NCBI GenBank assembly: GCA_049724395.1
Contig: JAUGWO010000069.1
Coordinates: 372,001-436,000, forward strand
Length of the DNA: 64,000 nucleotides
Reading direction: 5' to 3'
DNA from: Spongospora subterranea f. sp. subterranea
Taxonomy: Eukaryota
Shown here piece after piece: positions 60,814-64,000 of the stretch (positions are counted from its first letter, which is position 1; each line of letters starts with the position of its first letter). The position numbers and the translations under genes are program-made. The notes under the pieces are model-generated. The model saw only the letters and a list, made by a program, of their open reading frames with translations. It searched no databases and was not told the origin of the DNA.

Positions 60814-63469
60814 CTACGATTTTCGTAATGGCTGCGCTTCCGCCAACGGAATTGTAGCTGCAGTGAACGTTAACATCCAAATGAACACTGAAATCAATAT
60901 CTTACTAATAAACCGGTCGACGACGCCTGAATCACTACGAAAATGTCCAGTAAAATGAAATATGACTAAAGGCAACTGAATCAGTGTTGAGAAACGCAAA
61001 AACAGAAAAAGCGAACCGAATGCGGAGAACAAGAGGCGGAACGGCATCAACAGTAAAAGGGCAAACATAACAGCGTTGACTAGCATGAATTGCTTGGTCC
61101 TTAATGGCGAGACCCATGTATAGAGCCCCTTAAGTTTTAGAAGGTAATGATTCGCAGACTGTAACCGGTTCTGGACGGTTTCCAGGGCCGATTTCGCACT
61201 GGAGAATGATTGCTGATACGTATCGACCGTATTCTTTATACGACCTAACACGGTCCCTTGAAAAATCTAGGAATAAACATTAGGGTAAAATTTTGAAAGC
61301 AATACAAAGATATGACATTGTCCGATTGTTTGACGTCAGACTGAAGCGAAGGAGGAATGAAGGTGATGAGCTGTTGATTGTACCAATCATAAAATACAGA
61401 TGGACGATCCGACATGACCCATATTAAGATATGGTTTAAGAGTATTAGAGCAGCCTAATGAAATACCGGCGTTAGTCATGACAACGAAAGCAAAAAAACT
61501 GAACCATTCAGAATATCCGAAAATGCCATAATGTAGACTTACGGGAACGTAGGCGAGCCAATCCATGTAGCAAAAAACGAGCAAGGTGAATGCAACACTG
61601 AGAGTGACAGCGGGATTTTTCCAACCAATAATGTAAGCATGAACCTGAACCAGGGCATCTAGAGGAACGATTTGAGCTGAAAATAACTTGGCCGTGTCTG
61701 AGAGGCGACCGAGATCAATGCGATCCACGGGCGGTTGATTTGGATATGGATTGTCTACTAATTGCAACATTCGAGGATCCCATCTGATGAACAAGCAAAT
61801 AAAAAACAATGAGAACTGGGAATGTATAATGAAATCCTGTGGAGGAATACTGACGAGGGATCATCAAGAATTCTTGACGGAGCTGGGCCGAGTAATGATG
61901 TAAACACACTAGACGACAGCGTCATGTCATGGAACTGCATTGTTAACATGTTCAGATACGCAGAGGTATCCTCAGCAGAAGAAGTCGATAAAAATGTAAT
62001 TTTCTGAAGTGGATTGTCAGACAAAAGCACGTTGCAAAGCAAAACATAAACGAACCCGAGGTTGAGAGGGAAATCGGGTTCTGCGGAGAGCTTGAACCCT
62101 CAATATATCATCAATGGCGTCGAGAAGGACGCACTGACGAATCTAATATCAATTTCGAATTTGTGATATTAGATATGACAAAATATTTGAAAAAAAACTT
62201 GGGTCCTTACGATAGGAGTACAGCCTTGATTAGCTAATGAAAACGCACTAATCATATTCTCGAGATAGTCCAGAATAAAATCGCGATCGGATTCGTTCGA
62301 AAACGAGATTTCCAGGGATGATTTCGACGGTCCAGACGGAATACTGTTAACGCCGTCCGATGACGCTGGACGTGCGTTATCGCCGGGTGCCGATGCGTCG
62401 CTGACATCTGCCTCGGGAGTGGATGGAATATTGTCATCGTTCGACCCAATTTGAACTGCGTCTGCGTCGAACTCCATGGTCAAATAATATTCGGTTTTGA
62501 ACACGCCACCTTGTCGTCCCGAGACGCGAACCAGTTCACAAAGTGAATATCTGAGATATCAGCGTTGGAAGCCGATGACATCACGAGTAGTATAAAATCT
62601 ACTGAATAGTTCTTCTTAGGAGTTGTATAGCCAGTCCGGTTTGAAAGGAAATCATCGTGTCTGTAAGGATCAATGTCCCGGATGCGTTCGCTAGTTTTTG
62701 CTTTAGAGCACAACCGGTAAAAATCAGCACAATTCGCTGTCGAAGCGGAAACGAGCTGCATTTCATGTGAAAAACTGATTATAACTAATAAGCGACATAC
62801 CTATCATCATCGTTGGAATTAGGTGCGGACATTGGAGGAGCATTTGTTGTCATGTTCACAGACTCCAACAACGCCTGGTGCATTTGAAGTTTAGCGCCTT
62901 CATCGAACTCAACTTGTAGCGCCTCGACATACGTATTGAATGAAGAAATCTGAGATTATATTGAGCATGACTGGGATTTATCAACGACGATTCTCACCGT
63001 AATATATTTTTCAAGAAACATATCGGACGGCGTCGGGGTCGAGCACAGTATTTCAAATATTCTGACATGGATTTCGACAATTAGGAATACGATTACATAG
63101 ATTACGTTAGAAATACATTTCAGGGGATTGTTTTGCGGTCAGTGGAAAAATGAACGGTGAAAACTGACAAAACCTATTCAACATTACAACGGGCACGTTC
63201 GGCTCTCGTAATATATCGAACGCTAGTCGTGTGTGATCAAATAGAAAACATCTATGCGACCTAGCAGCGGCCACCATACAGAAATCGGTGAACTGCATCT
63301 GAGATCTGCAAGAAAAAAACAGCAGTTCTTCAACTGGGTTTCTTGACGCACGCTTGGGAATTTGGCCGACGTACCCGGTCCGATCAAGATAGCCTTGATA
63401 GTATGGGCGCATCTGCGACAGTTCCATGCCCGTTATCAGGCCGCATCGCCTCCAGGAGATCCGGCTCAT
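60814..63469 (-). CDS. Multi-exon membrane protein: putative N-terminal PH-like domain and C-terminal MCTP/PRT_C-like TM region
   Basis: YQGYLDRTG (PH start), IIGWKNPAVTL..LLVFCY and VQNRLQSANHYLLKLKGLYTWVSP..T..F resemble PRT_C-type reticulon-like ends; many GT-AG introns. Confidence 0.5.
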
Positions 63470-64000
63470 TGGTGACGACGTTCATGAACAATGATGCAGT
63501 AACGATTAGCACCTGGCTCACAACAGGTACTGTAACACCGACTTTGAACAAAGAGAATACAGTATTGTGGATTTCACTAAAAATGGACAGTCTGAGGAGT
63601 ATATAAAACCCGGTCCGCAGTTTCCTTAAACATGGCTCACCACGGATTTTTTAATCAAGAACTACCATTAGAGCTGGTGGTTGGCCCGTTCCAGAATCGA
63701 GACGTCTTTGGAGACGAATTTTAATCTTGTTTCATTAAAACACTCGTGGGAAATGTGTTATTTATTACATCACGAATGATAATAGCGCACAACACGTCAT
63801 AATCAAGTCATAACATGCATTGAATACTATTCAATATCTGCAGCAGCAATGTTGTCGTCTAAATCTCCTTTGAAAACGGTATCTTTGCGGTTGTAGTTTT
63901 GGGATGGCCTCGGTCATTTGACAATGAATGACGTGGGAAGCATGAGTCAATCACAGTTGACGTTATCTGTTTATTCTACTCTGCATGTCATAAGTCATTC

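Overview
Gene-dense eukaryotic (protist-like) genomic DNA with short GT-AG introns (about 50 nt) and short intergenic spacers. A flagellar retrograde-IFT dynein subunit, a GT60 GlcNAc-transferase and the compact layout fit a flagellated protist such as a plasmodiophorid, but this is inference only. Recognisable housekeeping genes: Rsm22/METTL17 (3' part), GET1/WRB, polyprenol reductase, DYNC2LI1, a multi-EF-hand protein, a PPR protein, PEX5, UBR1-type N-recognin, mitochondrial bL9, copine, ATP synthase delta, a RAP-domain protein, EDC4/Varicose, a FYVE protein, SERINC, a ZCCHC8-like knuckle protein, an STI1-domain protein and DGAT2. Several accessory patches lie between them. (i) 27.3-33.2 kb holds a decayed Crypton-like tyrosine recombinase, a ~33 x 19-bp minisatellite, a possible secreted-protein gene, and a ~640-bp-arm inverted duplication of an F-box-like gene with a nested mini-hairpin. 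(ii) Two further long, near-perfect intergenic hairpins sit at 41.3 and 47.7 kb; one arm carries an apparent Tc1/mariner excision footprint. (iii) A ~1,700-aa protein with ~80 copies of an 11-aa repeat and a possible CaaX end. (iv) PIF/Harbinger and Ty3/Gypsy relics at 56-58.6 kb. The most notable unexplained signal is the recurrence of long fold-back loci built from gene or transposon fragments, which are candidate hairpin-RNA/small-RNA sources. A GT60 gene with two tandem catalytic domains is also unusual. Several conserved genes carry 1-2 nt frameshifts, most likely assembly errors. All assignments come from motif recognition by eye; no searches were run.
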